A stretch of DNA of 64,000 bases, from the IMG/VR virus record IMGVR_UViG_3300046170_000428; one strand, 5' to 3'. The notes under the pieces are model-generated. The model did not search any database. It worked only from the letters and a program-made list of their open reading frames with translations, and had not been told where the DNA came from. The position numbers were made by a program, and so were the translations under genes. This DNA comes from an uncultured virus (IMG/VR IMGVR_UViG_3300046170_000428) (Duplodnaviria > Heunggongvirae > Uroviricota > Caudoviricetes). This document shows, in pieces, positions 39,766 through 48,496 of the stretch (the stretch's first letter is position 1; the number at the start of each line of letters is the position of its first letter).

Positions 39766-40299
39766 ATGGCTAAAAATTTAGGAGATGAACTTGAAAATAT
39801 GGAAGAGGGTATAGAAAACCTTAAAAATAAAGAGTTTCGTATCCTCGGTTTTAAAGTTAGTTTTATGTCAATATCTGCTCTCGTTGCAGTTATTGGTAGT
39901 GTTCTTGGTGCATTATATGGTGGCTTTCTAATGTATCAAAAAGTTGAACAAGCGATAGAGTTTGTTGAACAACAGGAAGAATACGAAGCAAAAATTAATG
40001 CATATGACAAACGTATGCAAATCATGGAATCCAAAATGGAAGACACTGTAGAATATACACGTGACATCAAAGGCGGATTGCGAGATGATATATTACGTAT
40101 TGAACAGCAAGCAGATAGAACGGAAGACATGGTTCGTAAAAGTGTAGATGATGTACGTAATATGATAACTGATGCTGAGAGTAGATTCGAAACTAAGAGA
40201 GATAGTTTAAGAGAATCAGTAAGTCGTGACACTAAAGAGTTAGAAGATAGACTTATGAAAAAAATACAGCGAGCATTAGATAATCCACTAGCAAATTAA
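39766..40299 (+). CDS. single-pass membrane coiled-coil protein
   Basis: TM segment, long heptad region, ends ALDNPLAN. Confidence 0.8.
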   Translation: MAKNLGDELENMEEGIENLKNKEFRILGFKVSFMSISALVAVIGSVLGALYGGFLMYQKVEQAIEFVEQQEEYEAKINAYDKRMQIMESKMEDTVEYTRDIKGGLRDDILRIEQQADRTEDMVRKSVDDVRNMITDAESRFETKRDSLRESVSRDTKELEDRLMKKIQRALDNPLAN

Positions 40300-40307
40300 T
40301 ATAAATA
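40300..40307 (+). promoter_or_regulatory. late promoter TATAAATA
   Basis: Consensus 13 nt before the riboswitch. Confidence 0.75.
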
Positions 40308-40320
40308 GTAATACATTAAA

Positions 40321-40365
40321 CGTTCACCCGAAAGGGCGGAAGTAGGCAGTCGCTGAAGGAACGCA
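40321..40365 (+). ncRNA. glutamine riboswitch (glnA motif, class I)
   Basis: CGTTC-a-ccc-gaaa-gggc-GGAAGTA-ggc-agtc-gct-GAAG-GAACGC matches the glnA aptamer architecture (P1, P2, E-loop P3). Confidence 0.8.
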
Positions 40366-40393
40366 CCTAACCATTAACTAGGGAGGGTGACTA

Positions 40394-40495
40394 ATGACTT
40401 ACAGACCATTTTCGTGGAAGAGGTTTTGTCAGGCGCGTGATCGTGCTAGAATTCATAGAATTCTAAGCTATCGCTTGCTACTTAACGCTGTTTAA
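40394..40495 (+). CDS. Arg-rich 33-aa peptide downstream of the riboswitch
   Basis: GGGAGG RBS; MTYRPFSWKRFCQARDRARIHRILSYRLLLNAV. Confidence 0.65.
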   Translation: MTYRPFSWKRFCQARDRARIHRILSYRLLLNAV

Positions 40496-40710
40496 TATAT
40501 TTTATTATTAGGCTTAACAACCTTCGGTACACATACTGCGGTGTATGATAAGAACTTCGGTTCATTATCACCAACTTTATTATTAGGTACTGGAGGTTGT
40601 TTATTAAGTCTTTCTGCAAAATACTTGCATCTATCAACGTCGTTAAAATACATATCTTGACTTACAATTTTTGTTCCTAGATACACAACAAGTAAAAAAG
40701 CGTGTGTCAT
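40492..40710 (-). CDS. hypothetical protein
   Basis: 72 aa, AFLLVVYLG...C...AVCVP; coupled to the upstream minus-strand gene. Confidence 0.75.
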   Translation of the reverse strand: MTHAFLLVVYLGTKIVSQDMYFNDVDRCKYFAERLNKQPPVPNNKVGDNEPKFLSYTAVCVPKVVKPNNKIY

Positions 40711-40922
40711 TTTTTTTCTACATCAGAGAATCTAGGTTTTTCTCTTAATTCTAATTGAGATCTAAATTTATTTTTGACTGGCTCTGAATTATTAGTTGAG
40801 TTTAATAATATTTTAATAGCTTTATAACCGTCTCCCATAAATATAAGTCTATCTTTAAAATATAATTTAGCTTTAACCGCGTTATCTAGATCTAGAATAA
40901 AATTTTCATGTTTGAATATCAT
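40707..40922 (-). CDS. hypothetical protein
   Basis: Likely start MIFKHENF; LIFMGDGYKAI. Confidence 0.65.
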   Translation of the reverse strand: MIFKHENFILDLDNAVKAKLYFKDRLIFMGDGYKAIKILLNSTNNSEPVKNKFRSQLELREKPRFSDVEKK

Positions 40923-40923
40923 T

Positions 40924-41415
40924 TTACCAAGTTTTTGGATGTCCAAACATATCAATAACTATCATAAATCCACCAATCAACACACCAGCAACAACACAAA
41001 CTGCAAGAATAATTCCTATTGCATTCATTATTTCTTGTCTTCTTTGTTCTTGATCGTATATTGCTTTTTTTCTATCTTTACGAATCTGTGCCTGTAATGT
41101 GAGTATTTCGTTCCAACTATTAGGACCATGGGTGAAATTTACAAAGTTTTTTAACTCTTGTTCCATCTCTTCTGCTTTTTTCTTAGCAGCAAAGATGTCC
41201 ATTGCTTCTTGTTCAATACTCGAACCATTGAATAGTTTCTTAAACAATGGTGGTTTCTTGTTCATCTTTTCGGCTTGATCAATGTCTGCAACGGCGCCCA
41301 TCCAACGCCCCATGTCTCCATACATTGACTCTATATCTCTACCAACTTCAAATCCCTTTTTAATGGTGTTAAATGCAGTTGTAGCTATAGCTATAGCACT
41401 GATTGGATCAATCAT
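40924..41415 (-). CDS. membrane-anchored hypothetical protein
   Basis: MIDPISAIA, KPPLFKKLF, C-terminal TM; GAGGAG RBS on the minus strand. Confidence 0.8.
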   Translation of the reverse strand: MIDPISAIAIATTAFNTIKKGFEVGRDIESMYGDMGRWMGAVADIDQAEKMNKKPPLFKKLFNGSSIEQEAMDIFAAKKKAEEMEQELKNFVNFTHGPNSWNEILTLQAQIRKDRKKAIYDQEQRRQEIMNAIGIILAVCVVAGVLIGGFMIVIDMFGHPKTW

Positions 41416-41444
41416 CGTCTCTCCTCAACAATTTTCTCTATTGC

Positions 41445-41452
41445 TATTTATA
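41445..41452 (-). promoter_or_regulatory. minus-strand late promoter TATAAATA
   Basis: TATTTATA on the + strand, ahead of the minus operon. Confidence 0.7.
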
Positions 41453-41461
41453 AAAAAAAGG

Positions 41462-41490
41462 TGTACAAACGATAAATAGTATGGTATAAT
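41462..41490 (+). promoter_or_regulatory. TGTACA-N17-TATAAT promoter of the tmRNA
   Basis: Exact motif. Confidence 0.8.
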
Positions 41491-41496
41491 ATATAC

Positions 41497-41780
41497 TATA
41501 TAACGATGAAACAAAGCGAAAGGTTTGCTGGACTCGGGGGCGGTACCCGACAGCTCCACCATGAATACAGCCACGGGTGTCGTTAAATAAGTGCTGTATT
41601 CATGATGGGGCTGAAATAGGATCGACAGGTACGTAATAGCGATGTGGAGTTATCCGGATGTAAGCTCGGTTAATGCGAACAAAACTATAAATGCAAACGA
41701 TAATTTTGCACCTCAAGAGTTAGCGCTAGCCGCTTAATTCTTATGCGCCCGGCGGAGCGTGGAAACAGAATCCGCCACTA
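41497..41780 (+). ncRNA. ssrA: circularly permuted (two-piece) tmRNA, alphaproteobacterial type
   Basis: The acceptor piece ggactcgggggcggtacccgacagctccACCA (ends 41561) precedes the 5' end GGGGCTGAAATAGGATCGAC (41607); tag ANDNFAPQELALAA* at 41693-41737. Confidence 0.92.
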
Positions 41781-41794
41781 ATTAGGAGACTCAT

Positions 41795-42016
41795 GTGGAA
41801 GAAAAAAAGAACGGTATTCAAGTTAAGAATGAACATAATGAATTTGAATTAGCTTTAAGATTTTTAGGAAATGAATTAATAGCTATAAAACTTGCTGCAA
41901 CAAATTTTAGTGGTAAACTTATCGTATGGAGTATCTTACTTCTTTTCGTAAGTTTTATGATTATGGAAGTTTTTGGACTTGCTGAAATGTTTGGATATGG
42001 GATGGAAGATGAATAA
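41795..42016 (+). CDS. small membrane protein
   Basis: NEFELALRFLGNELIA plus a TM segment; AGGAG RBS. Confidence 0.7.
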   Translation: MEEKKNGIQVKNEHNEFELALRFLGNELIAIKLAATNFSGKLIVWSILLLFVSFMIMEVFGLAEMFGYGMEDE

Positions 42017-42512
42017 ATGGAAAGTTGAAGAAATAGAATGGCATGAAATATATCCGCTCTGGTCACAATTTTTATGGCCTGGTCGACCAAGTATTAAACC
42101 ATATACGCCTATGCTTAATGCTACAGATAAAGATATGAATATTCATAAATTAGCTAGAAGTAATTTTGCGTTTTATGCTGGTGTATTTTTTGGTGTAAAA
42201 ACAGTAGAGGGTGATATAGTAGGAGTTAATTCTGGTCATCAATGTAGTAATACACTTTTTAGATCAAGAGGCTTATATGTTCGACCAGAAGTTACAGGAC
42301 GTGGAATTGCACAGGCGTTATTAACACATACTATAGAATTTGCACGTGAAAATGGTTTTAAAAAAATTTGGTCATATCCTCGTGAAAAGGCTATACCAAC
42401 TTATAAAGCAGTTGGTTATGATTGTGGAAAAGCCGAAATACATGAAGCATATGAAAAAGAAGATGGCACTATTGTAAAAAGAGATAATGCATATGCTGAA
42501 TTAATTTTATAA
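42009..42512 (+). CDS. GNAT-family N-acetyltransferase
   Basis: RSRGLYV.PE..GRGIAQALL (motif A), WSYPRE.A...Y. Confidence 0.85.
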   Translation: MNKWKVEEIEWHEIYPLWSQFLWPGRPSIKPYTPMLNATDKDMNIHKLARSNFAFYAGVFFGVKTVEGDIVGVNSGHQCSNTLFRSRGLYVRPEVTGRGIAQALLTHTIEFARENGFKKIWSYPREKAIPTYKAVGYDCGKAEIHEAYEKEDGTIVKRDNAYAELIL

Positions 42513-42517
42513 ATAAA

Positions 42518-42589
42518 TTCAAATTAAATGAAAAAAAGTGTGTACAAATGCCTTTTTTCGTAGTATAATACTTATATAATGAAAAAAGG
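42518..42589 (+). repeat. early promoter cassette, copy 3
   Basis: TGTACA at 42541, TATAAT at 42564; same flanks. Confidence 0.8.
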
Positions 42590-42599
42590 AGAACAAAAT

Positions 42600-42758
42600 A
42601 TGTCATTATTAAACCAACTATATATCGAATTTCAATCACTCGAAACCATACCTCAAAAAATCGTATGGCTTCAAAATTCCGATATACAAAAACAATTATC
42701 CAATTATAATATTAATATACAAAATTTAATATCTCATTGGACTAATTTACAAAAATAA
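42600..42758 (+). CDS. small early protein (52 aa)
   Basis: AGGAG RBS; MSLLNQLYIEF...WTNLQK; sits between two promoter cassettes. Confidence 0.65.
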   Translation: MSLLNQLYIEFQSLETIPQKIVWLQNSDIQKQLSNYNINIQNLISHWTNLQK

Positions 42759-42832
42759 ATTCAAATTAATTAAAAAAAAGTGTGTACAAATAGAAAAAAC
42801 TGTGATATAATATACTTATAAAATGAAAAAAG
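42759..42832 (+). repeat. early promoter cassette, copy 4
   Basis: TGTACA at 42783, TATAAT at 42806; same flanks. Confidence 0.8.
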
Positions 42833-42848
42833 CTGAAAGGAATATATA

Positions 42849-43805
42849 ATGGCTCATCAAGTTGAAACAATGGCATATGCCGGAGAAACACCATGGCACG
42901 GTCTCGGTGTACCTGTGTCTAACGATTTAACACCTCATCAAATGATGGAAAAGGCTGGAGTGGATTGGAAAGTCCGTGAAGTTGACGCTTTCATTGAATT
43001 TGATGGTAAAAAAGTTGCTACTGGTCAAAAATCATTAGTTAGAGAATCTGATGGTAGAATCCTCACTAATGTTGGTGAAAACTGGAATCCAGTACAAAAT
43101 GAAGATGCATTTAATTTTTTCACAGAATATTGTATGTCCGGTGATATGGAAATGCATACTGCGGGATCATTAAGAGATGGTCAAATGGTATGGGCATTGG
43201 CTAAAGTCAAAGATTCTTTTGAATTATTTGGCGGAGATAAAGTTGAATCATATCTTCTGTTTTCAAATCCTCACCAATATGGTAAGGCAATCGATGTTAG
43301 GTTTACTCCTATCAGAGTTGTATGTAACAATACATTGTCTTTATCTCTTAGTGCTAAAACTGATAAGTCAGTTAAAGTTGGACATAGAACTCAGTTTGAC
43401 GCATACGAAGTAAAAAAAGCACTTAAAATTGCTGGTGAAAAACTTAATACTTACAAAGAAATGGCAGAATTTCTTGGTAAGAAAAGATTTACTGTCGATT
43501 CTTATATCGAGTATCTTAATACCGTTTTCCCACGTACCGCAGATAAAAAAGTACAAGGAATGACTTTGAGTAAAGATACTCTTTCAAGAAATGCACTTCT
43601 TGCATTTGATGCGTTGGACACTCAGCCTGGTGCAGAATTTGCACAAGGATCTTGGTGGCAAGCATTTAACTCTGTTACCTACATTACCGATCATGTACAA
43701 GGTCGAAATGCTGATAACAGATTATATACTTCATGGTTTGGCTATAACCAAGTCAATAAGAAAAAAGCACTTGAAAGTGCAATCAAATTTGCGGAGGTTG
43801 CATAA
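42849..43805 (+). CDS. DUF932 family protein
   Basis: MAHQVETMAYAGETPWHGLG, VQN, TPIRVVCNNT. Confidence 0.88.
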   Translation: MAHQVETMAYAGETPWHGLGVPVSNDLTPHQMMEKAGVDWKVREVDAFIEFDGKKVATGQKSLVRESDGRILTNVGENWNPVQNEDAFNFFTEYCMSGDMEMHTAGSLRDGQMVWALAKVKDSFELFGGDKVESYLLFSNPHQYGKAIDVRFTPIRVVCNNTLSLSLSAKTDKSVKVGHRTQFDAYEVKKALKIAGEKLNTYKEMAEFLGKKRFTVDSYIEYLNTVFPRTADKKVQGMTLSKDTLSRNALLAFDALDTQPGAEFAQGSWWQAFNSVTYITDHVQGRNADNRLYTSWFGYNQVNKKKALESAIKFAEVA

Positions 43806-44215
43806 TGTATAAAACATTAGTTAGCGCTGGAATTTTGGTTCTAGCAAGTTGTCATCCGGCACTTGCTGAACCTTTGGTTCAAGATCATTTTAAGAATGTG
43901 ATTAGCAAAACTCCATATAATATAGAAGTTTGTACGAATCAACAAGTGTCAGGTGACAAAACTGGAGATGCACTAACAGGTGCAATCATTGGTGGAATAA
44001 TTGGTAATAACATAAAAGGAGAAAAAGATGGCGGAGCAATTGGAGCTCTTCTTGGTGGTATGCTTGGGCATTCAAATAGTGATGCTGTTGGCGGGACTAA
44101 AAGAGTGTGTAATGTTGAGACAAGATATAACGAAGTGGCTCAAAGAGTCTACTCGCATTCAACAGTGATATTTAATTATCAAGGGAAACAATATACTTTA
44201 AGGTTTAATAAATGA
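43805..44215 (+). CDS. glycine-zipper envelope protein
   Basis: Signal peptide; GAIIGGIIG...GAIGALLGGMLG. Confidence 0.8.
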   Translation: MYKTLVSAGILVLASCHPALAEPLVQDHFKNVISKTPYNIEVCTNQQVSGDKTGDALTGAIIGGIIGNNIKGEKDGGAIGALLGGMLGHSNSDAVGGTKRVCNVETRYNEVAQRVYSHSTVIFNYQGKQYTLRFNK

Positions 44216-44361
44216 AGAGACATAGACCCGACATGATCGGAGCTTGGGCAAAAGAAAATGGATTAGATAAAATCGCAAGATTGTACGATCCAGATTGGCG
44301 GTCTAAAAGAAAACCTTTTAAAAGAGATCCTAGTTACAAAAATAAAGGAAAGCACCGATAA
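44212..44361 (+). CDS. small basic protein (49 aa)
   Basis: MKRHRPDMIGAWAKENG...; ATGA overlap. Confidence 0.6.
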   Translation: MKRHRPDMIGAWAKENGLDKIARLYDPDWRSKRKPFKRDPSYKNKGKHR

Positions 44362-44372
44362 GGTGCTTTTTT
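44349..44372 (+). terminator. rho-independent terminator
   Basis: aaagcacc-gataa-ggtgctttttt. Confidence 0.85.
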
Positions 44373-44386
44373 AAACTTTGCACTTG

Positions 44387-44394
44387 TATAAATA
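44387..44394 (+). promoter_or_regulatory. late promoter TATAAATA
   Basis: Consensus after the terminator. Confidence 0.8.
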
Positions 44395-44416
44395 GAATGA
44401 TAAAGCGGAGTTATTT

Positions 44417-45808
44417 ATGCGGTTTAAGACATTTTTATTAGAGTTCCAAGATGCAATTAACGCCGCAAAGGCACTCGCGTCATCGGCTTCAGGATTTGAT
44501 GTCACAAATACTGTTTTAAAAAATGAAACAGGAAAATCAGTAACACTCACTCAAACACTTCCAGATAATAAAAGACGACCATATGTTCAAGCAGTAAATA
44601 CTATTCTAGATAAAGATGACAATTACCAATATATTGAAGTAACATCAAATCGCGCAACAAAAGATTTTAAATTTAGAATTGATGGATTTGATAAAGATAT
44701 TGTTGTACAAACTAAACCTGATGGAAAGCGTGGACGTACAGATCCAAATGAATTATTAACTGCAGGTTTGGCATGCATGAATTTGCCAAATAAAATACCT
44801 ACCGATATCGTAGAATTAGATACTCTTGTTGATCAAGTTAAAAAAATAATTCCAAAAACAGTTAAAGATTATGATTCAAAAGAATTTGATGCTATTGATG
44901 GTGACTATTCAAATTTCTGTCAGGCATATTCTGCTGCTCAAGGTATTCAAAAACTTATGGGTGGTACAGGACAACAAGCATATGTAACTGGCCGAGTTTG
45001 GAATAATGATATTAAACAATTTAAGAGAAACGCATATGGGATGAAAGATTTTAATTCATCTGATATTGTACTTAAAAAAGGCTCAAAGTTTTATGGGATA
45101 TCACTAAAGAAAAAAGATAGAGGAACAACGGCAGATCCCACTCTATTAAATAAATCCGTTTCAGGATTATTCAGTGATCCAAAGCTTGTAGATCAATATA
45201 ATAAAGTTATTCAAGACTTTATGATTAATACTGTAATTAAAACAGCAGAAGCAAAAAATATAGTACCAAAAGGATCGACAAAAAAAGCATTAGCTGACAA
45301 AGATTCACGTAGACCAACATGGAAACAACTTGTTTCTGGCTTACCTAATAAATTTTTTAATGATCAATTAAAAGGACGTGGTAGTATTTTTGGAAAAATA
45401 GCAGATCTTTTTGAAAAAGAACAAGATACAATTGCAAATCAAATCATGCAATTGACACTTAAAACAGATCTCAAAGAATTACAAAAGTTTAATTTTGAAT
45501 TTGCACTTGTTACTGGAATTGGTAGATATCTAAAAGGTGGACCAGTTGTAGAAAAACCAGATGTTGTAGAAGTTGACACAGTTACAATTAAAGTTGCTGA
45601 ACTTCTAAAAAAAGAAAAGCCTAAAATGAAAATCAATAGGCAATCATTTACAGGCAATTCTGCAATGTTACAACTTCAACTTACAATTGGCGGAATGCCA
45701 GTATTAGATATTGCTATAAGATATAAAGGTTCAGGTACTTGGACATCACAACCATCTGTAACTGGATTTATGACGAAAGAATTTAAAGCCTATTTAAAGG
45801 ATGTATAA
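44417..45808 (+). CDS. late protein, possible PD-(D/E)xK-like nuclease with capsid-targeting N-terminus
   Basis: MRFKTFLLE; PNE; SSDIVLKKGSKFYGISLKK. Confidence 0.6.
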   Translation: MRFKTFLLEFQDAINAAKALASSASGFDVTNTVLKNETGKSVTLTQTLPDNKRRPYVQAVNTILDKDDNYQYIEVTSNRATKDFKFRIDGFDKDIVVQTKPDGKRGRTDPNELLTAGLACMNLPNKIPTDIVELDTLVDQVKKIIPKTVKDYDSKEFDAIDGDYSNFCQAYSAAQGIQKLMGGTGQQAYVTGRVWNNDIKQFKRNAYGMKDFNSSDIVLKKGSKFYGISLKKKDRGTTADPTLLNKSVSGLFSDPKLVDQYNKVIQDFMINTVIKTAEAKNIVPKGSTKKALADKDSRRPTWKQLVSGLPNKFFNDQLKGRGSIFGKIADLFEKEQDTIANQIMQLTLKTDLKELQKFNFEFALVTGIGRYLKGGPVVEKPDVVEVDTVTIKVAELLKKEKPKMKINRQSFTGNSAMLQLQLTIGGMPVLDIAIRYKGSGTWTSQPSVTGFMTKEFKAYLKDV

Positions 45809-46618
45809 TGGGCTCAGTATTCAGTACTTAGACAAAAGCACTTTCCAAATGGAACTCGTAATGATATTCATGAAGTAATGATGATTGCTGATCAAGAAGG
45901 GAATATCATTAATACTTTCGGTGCAGCATCTAATGTTATTATTTCTGCAGGTTTATTAGACGGTTATTCAGGTGTTCATAAATTTGGTGCAGTATTTGGT
46001 ACTGCAGTTGCTACAATGTCAACTGTATGGACCGCAGCTGACACAAGTGCTACAGCACTATACGATTGGACATATTCTGCTGGTACAGTAACAGCAGTGT
46101 CAAGTGATGCTGCAGACACGAGTGTGGTAGTTGTTCAAGGATTAGATACTAACTATAATTTTGTTGAAGAAGAATTTACTCTGACTGGCACGGTTGCAAC
46201 TTCAGCTGGATCAGTAACGTTTTCTCGAGTGAATCGAGCATTCATGAAAACAACAACAAATGTTGGTAAAATTCAAATTAAAAGAGGATCTGTTGTTGTC
46301 ACAGAAATTGGTGCAGACTTTGGTCAAACGTTACAATGCTTTTATACAATACCAGCCAATAAAACGGCGTATCTTATGAATCTACAAGCAAGTGCATCAA
46401 AGAACCAAGTTGTTGATTTATTCTTATTTCAAAGACCATTAAACGGAGCTTTTAGAGTTGCAACTACAATATCTTTAAACCAAGGAAATCAAGCATTAGA
46501 ATTTCCTGTCCCGCTAAAATTTACAGAAAAAACAGATATCGATTTAAGAGTAAAAGGTTCTTCAAATGCTACCGTAAGTGCTGATTTCAATCTTATATTA
46601 GTGGATAATGAAACATGA
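45808..46618 (+). CDS. putative virion structural protein (extra G just after the start)
   Basis: Corrected N-terminus MAQYSVLRQKHF...EVMMIAD; VHKFG, beta-rich, EKTDI. Confidence 0.65.
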
Positions 46619-47850
46619 TTAATTTTAATGAATTTATAACAGAACAAAAAAATACTCATATGACTCATATTGAGGATAAAGGTTCTCTATGGTGGAGTCA
46701 ATGGCGCTCGTGAAGGCAATCATTGCCCTTCGCGCTTTACGTGACATGTTAGCTGGTGAAAAAGATGGCAATGTTTCAGTAAAATGGGATGGAGCTCCCA
46801 GCAATTTTTGCAGGTATTGATCCATCAGATGGTCAATTCTTTGTTGCTAAAAAAGGTATATTTAATAAAAATCCAAAGGTATATAAAACAGATAAAGATG
46901 TTAATGCTGATACTTCTGGTGATCTAAATAAAAAAATGAAACTAGCTCTTAAACTTTTACCAGAGCTTGGAATTAAAGGAGTAATTCAAGGTGATTTCGT
47001 ATTTGGTCCAGGTGATGTTAAAACCTCTCGAATCAAGGGGAAGTCGTATATTACGTTTCACCCCAATACAATTGTTTATGCGATACCAGTTGGCACGGAC
47101 TTGGCCAAGCAAGTTAAGGCAGCAAAGATTGGAATTGTATGGCATACGGAGTACAAAGGATCAACATTCGAAACGATGAAAGCATCATATAACTATGATG
47201 CAAGTAGATTAAAAAAGTCAAGAAATGTTTGGTCACAAGATGCTCAACTTAAAGATGCGAACTGCCGCTACAATGACTGCAGCCGAAACACAAGAAGTAA
47301 ATGAATATTTAAGTTTAGCTGGTAGGAACATTTAATAAAATTGCTGGTAGTGCGTTAAGACAATTAGAAAAGAATCAAGTATTAGCACAGCATATTGAAA
47401 CTCATGGTAATTCGTTTGTTCGAAAAGGGTGAATTGCCACCAGATCCAAAAGCAAGAGTAAGAGATTTGCTTAAATGGATTAAAAATAAATATCAGAAAG
47501 AAATTGATAAAAGATCCACCGAAGCTGGTAAAGCAACACAACAATCTAAACTCGATGCTTTATTAGATTTCTTTTCAGAAGAGAATAAAACAAGTTTAGA
47601 AATGATATTTGAATTGCAAAAAGCCATCGTTCTGGCGAAACTAAAACTTATAAATAGATTAAACAAAGTTTCAAAAGTGGGTTCATTTTTGAAAACAAAA
47701 AATGGTTATCGAGTTACAGGCCAAGAAGGTTATGTAGCAATCGATAAGCTTGGTGGTGATGCAGTGAAAATTGTTGACCGTATGGAATTCTCATATGCCA
47801 ACTTTTCACCCGATATATTAAAAGGATGGGATACGCCAGGGAGAAGTTAA
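46615..47850 (+). CDS. DUF6267-like protein with ligase-superfamily motifs; broken by several indels
   Basis: Reconstructed MINFNEFITEQKNTHMTHIED...VKWDGAP...IQGD...EGYVAID...VKIVDRMEFS. Confidence 0.7.
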
Positions 47851-48496
47851 TGACTGAAAAATCAGTTACCGAACTGTCTATGCGGACAGATAAAAAATTA
47901 CCAAATTTAAAAGTACCTGTAAAGGGTAAACGAGGTACGTCTAAGTATTCTCGAATGAAAACGTATAGCACAAACACCTTCTGAAAGGCCAGTACGCAAA
48001 CAATTAAGCACTAATCTAGTTGCTAATAAACTCATTTCATTTAAAGATTTAGTTGTAACACCTGATGCTTTACCTGGCGCAGATGATGAAACACAATATA
48101 GAGATCAAAAACAAAAAAGAATGGTAAAAAGAACGAGTGAAGCTACAGAGCGTACAAATATAGATCCAGATGGTGAAGTAATTGAAGCTTTATCAATAGC
48201 TGGAAGGCGTAAATTATCACGTACTATGAAACGTAGAAAGAGTCAGTTAAAAAGAGCTAGAGCTCGTGCTCAAAAACGTATGGCTACTCGAGGTGTTCTC
48301 AAGAAAAGAGCAAGACGTTCAGCAAGAGCTACATTAGCTAAAAAGTTTACAAAAGGTAAAACAAATCTTTCTGTAGCACAAAAGAAAAGTGTTGAAAAGC
48401 GTTTATCTAATCCAGCTATTCAAAGAAGAATTGCTACATTGACAAAAAGAACATTACCACAAAAAGCGTAAAGCAGAAATTTCGAGAAAAAGATAA
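47850..48496 (+). CDS. Lys/Arg-rich basic protein (fragmented by indels)
   Basis: Segment MTEKSVTE...; ORF 48121..48471 is open upstream; EALSIAGRRKLSR... Confidence 0.55.

Noticed and set aside
41530..41561. tRNA gene ending in CCA
   Set aside because: There is no anticodon arm; it is the acceptor piece of the permuted tmRNA.
25305..42832. Repeated ~70-bp elements as a CRISPR array or insertion-sequence ends
   Set aside because: They are dispersed, lack regular spacers, have no cas or transposase gene nearby, and contain promoter boxes.
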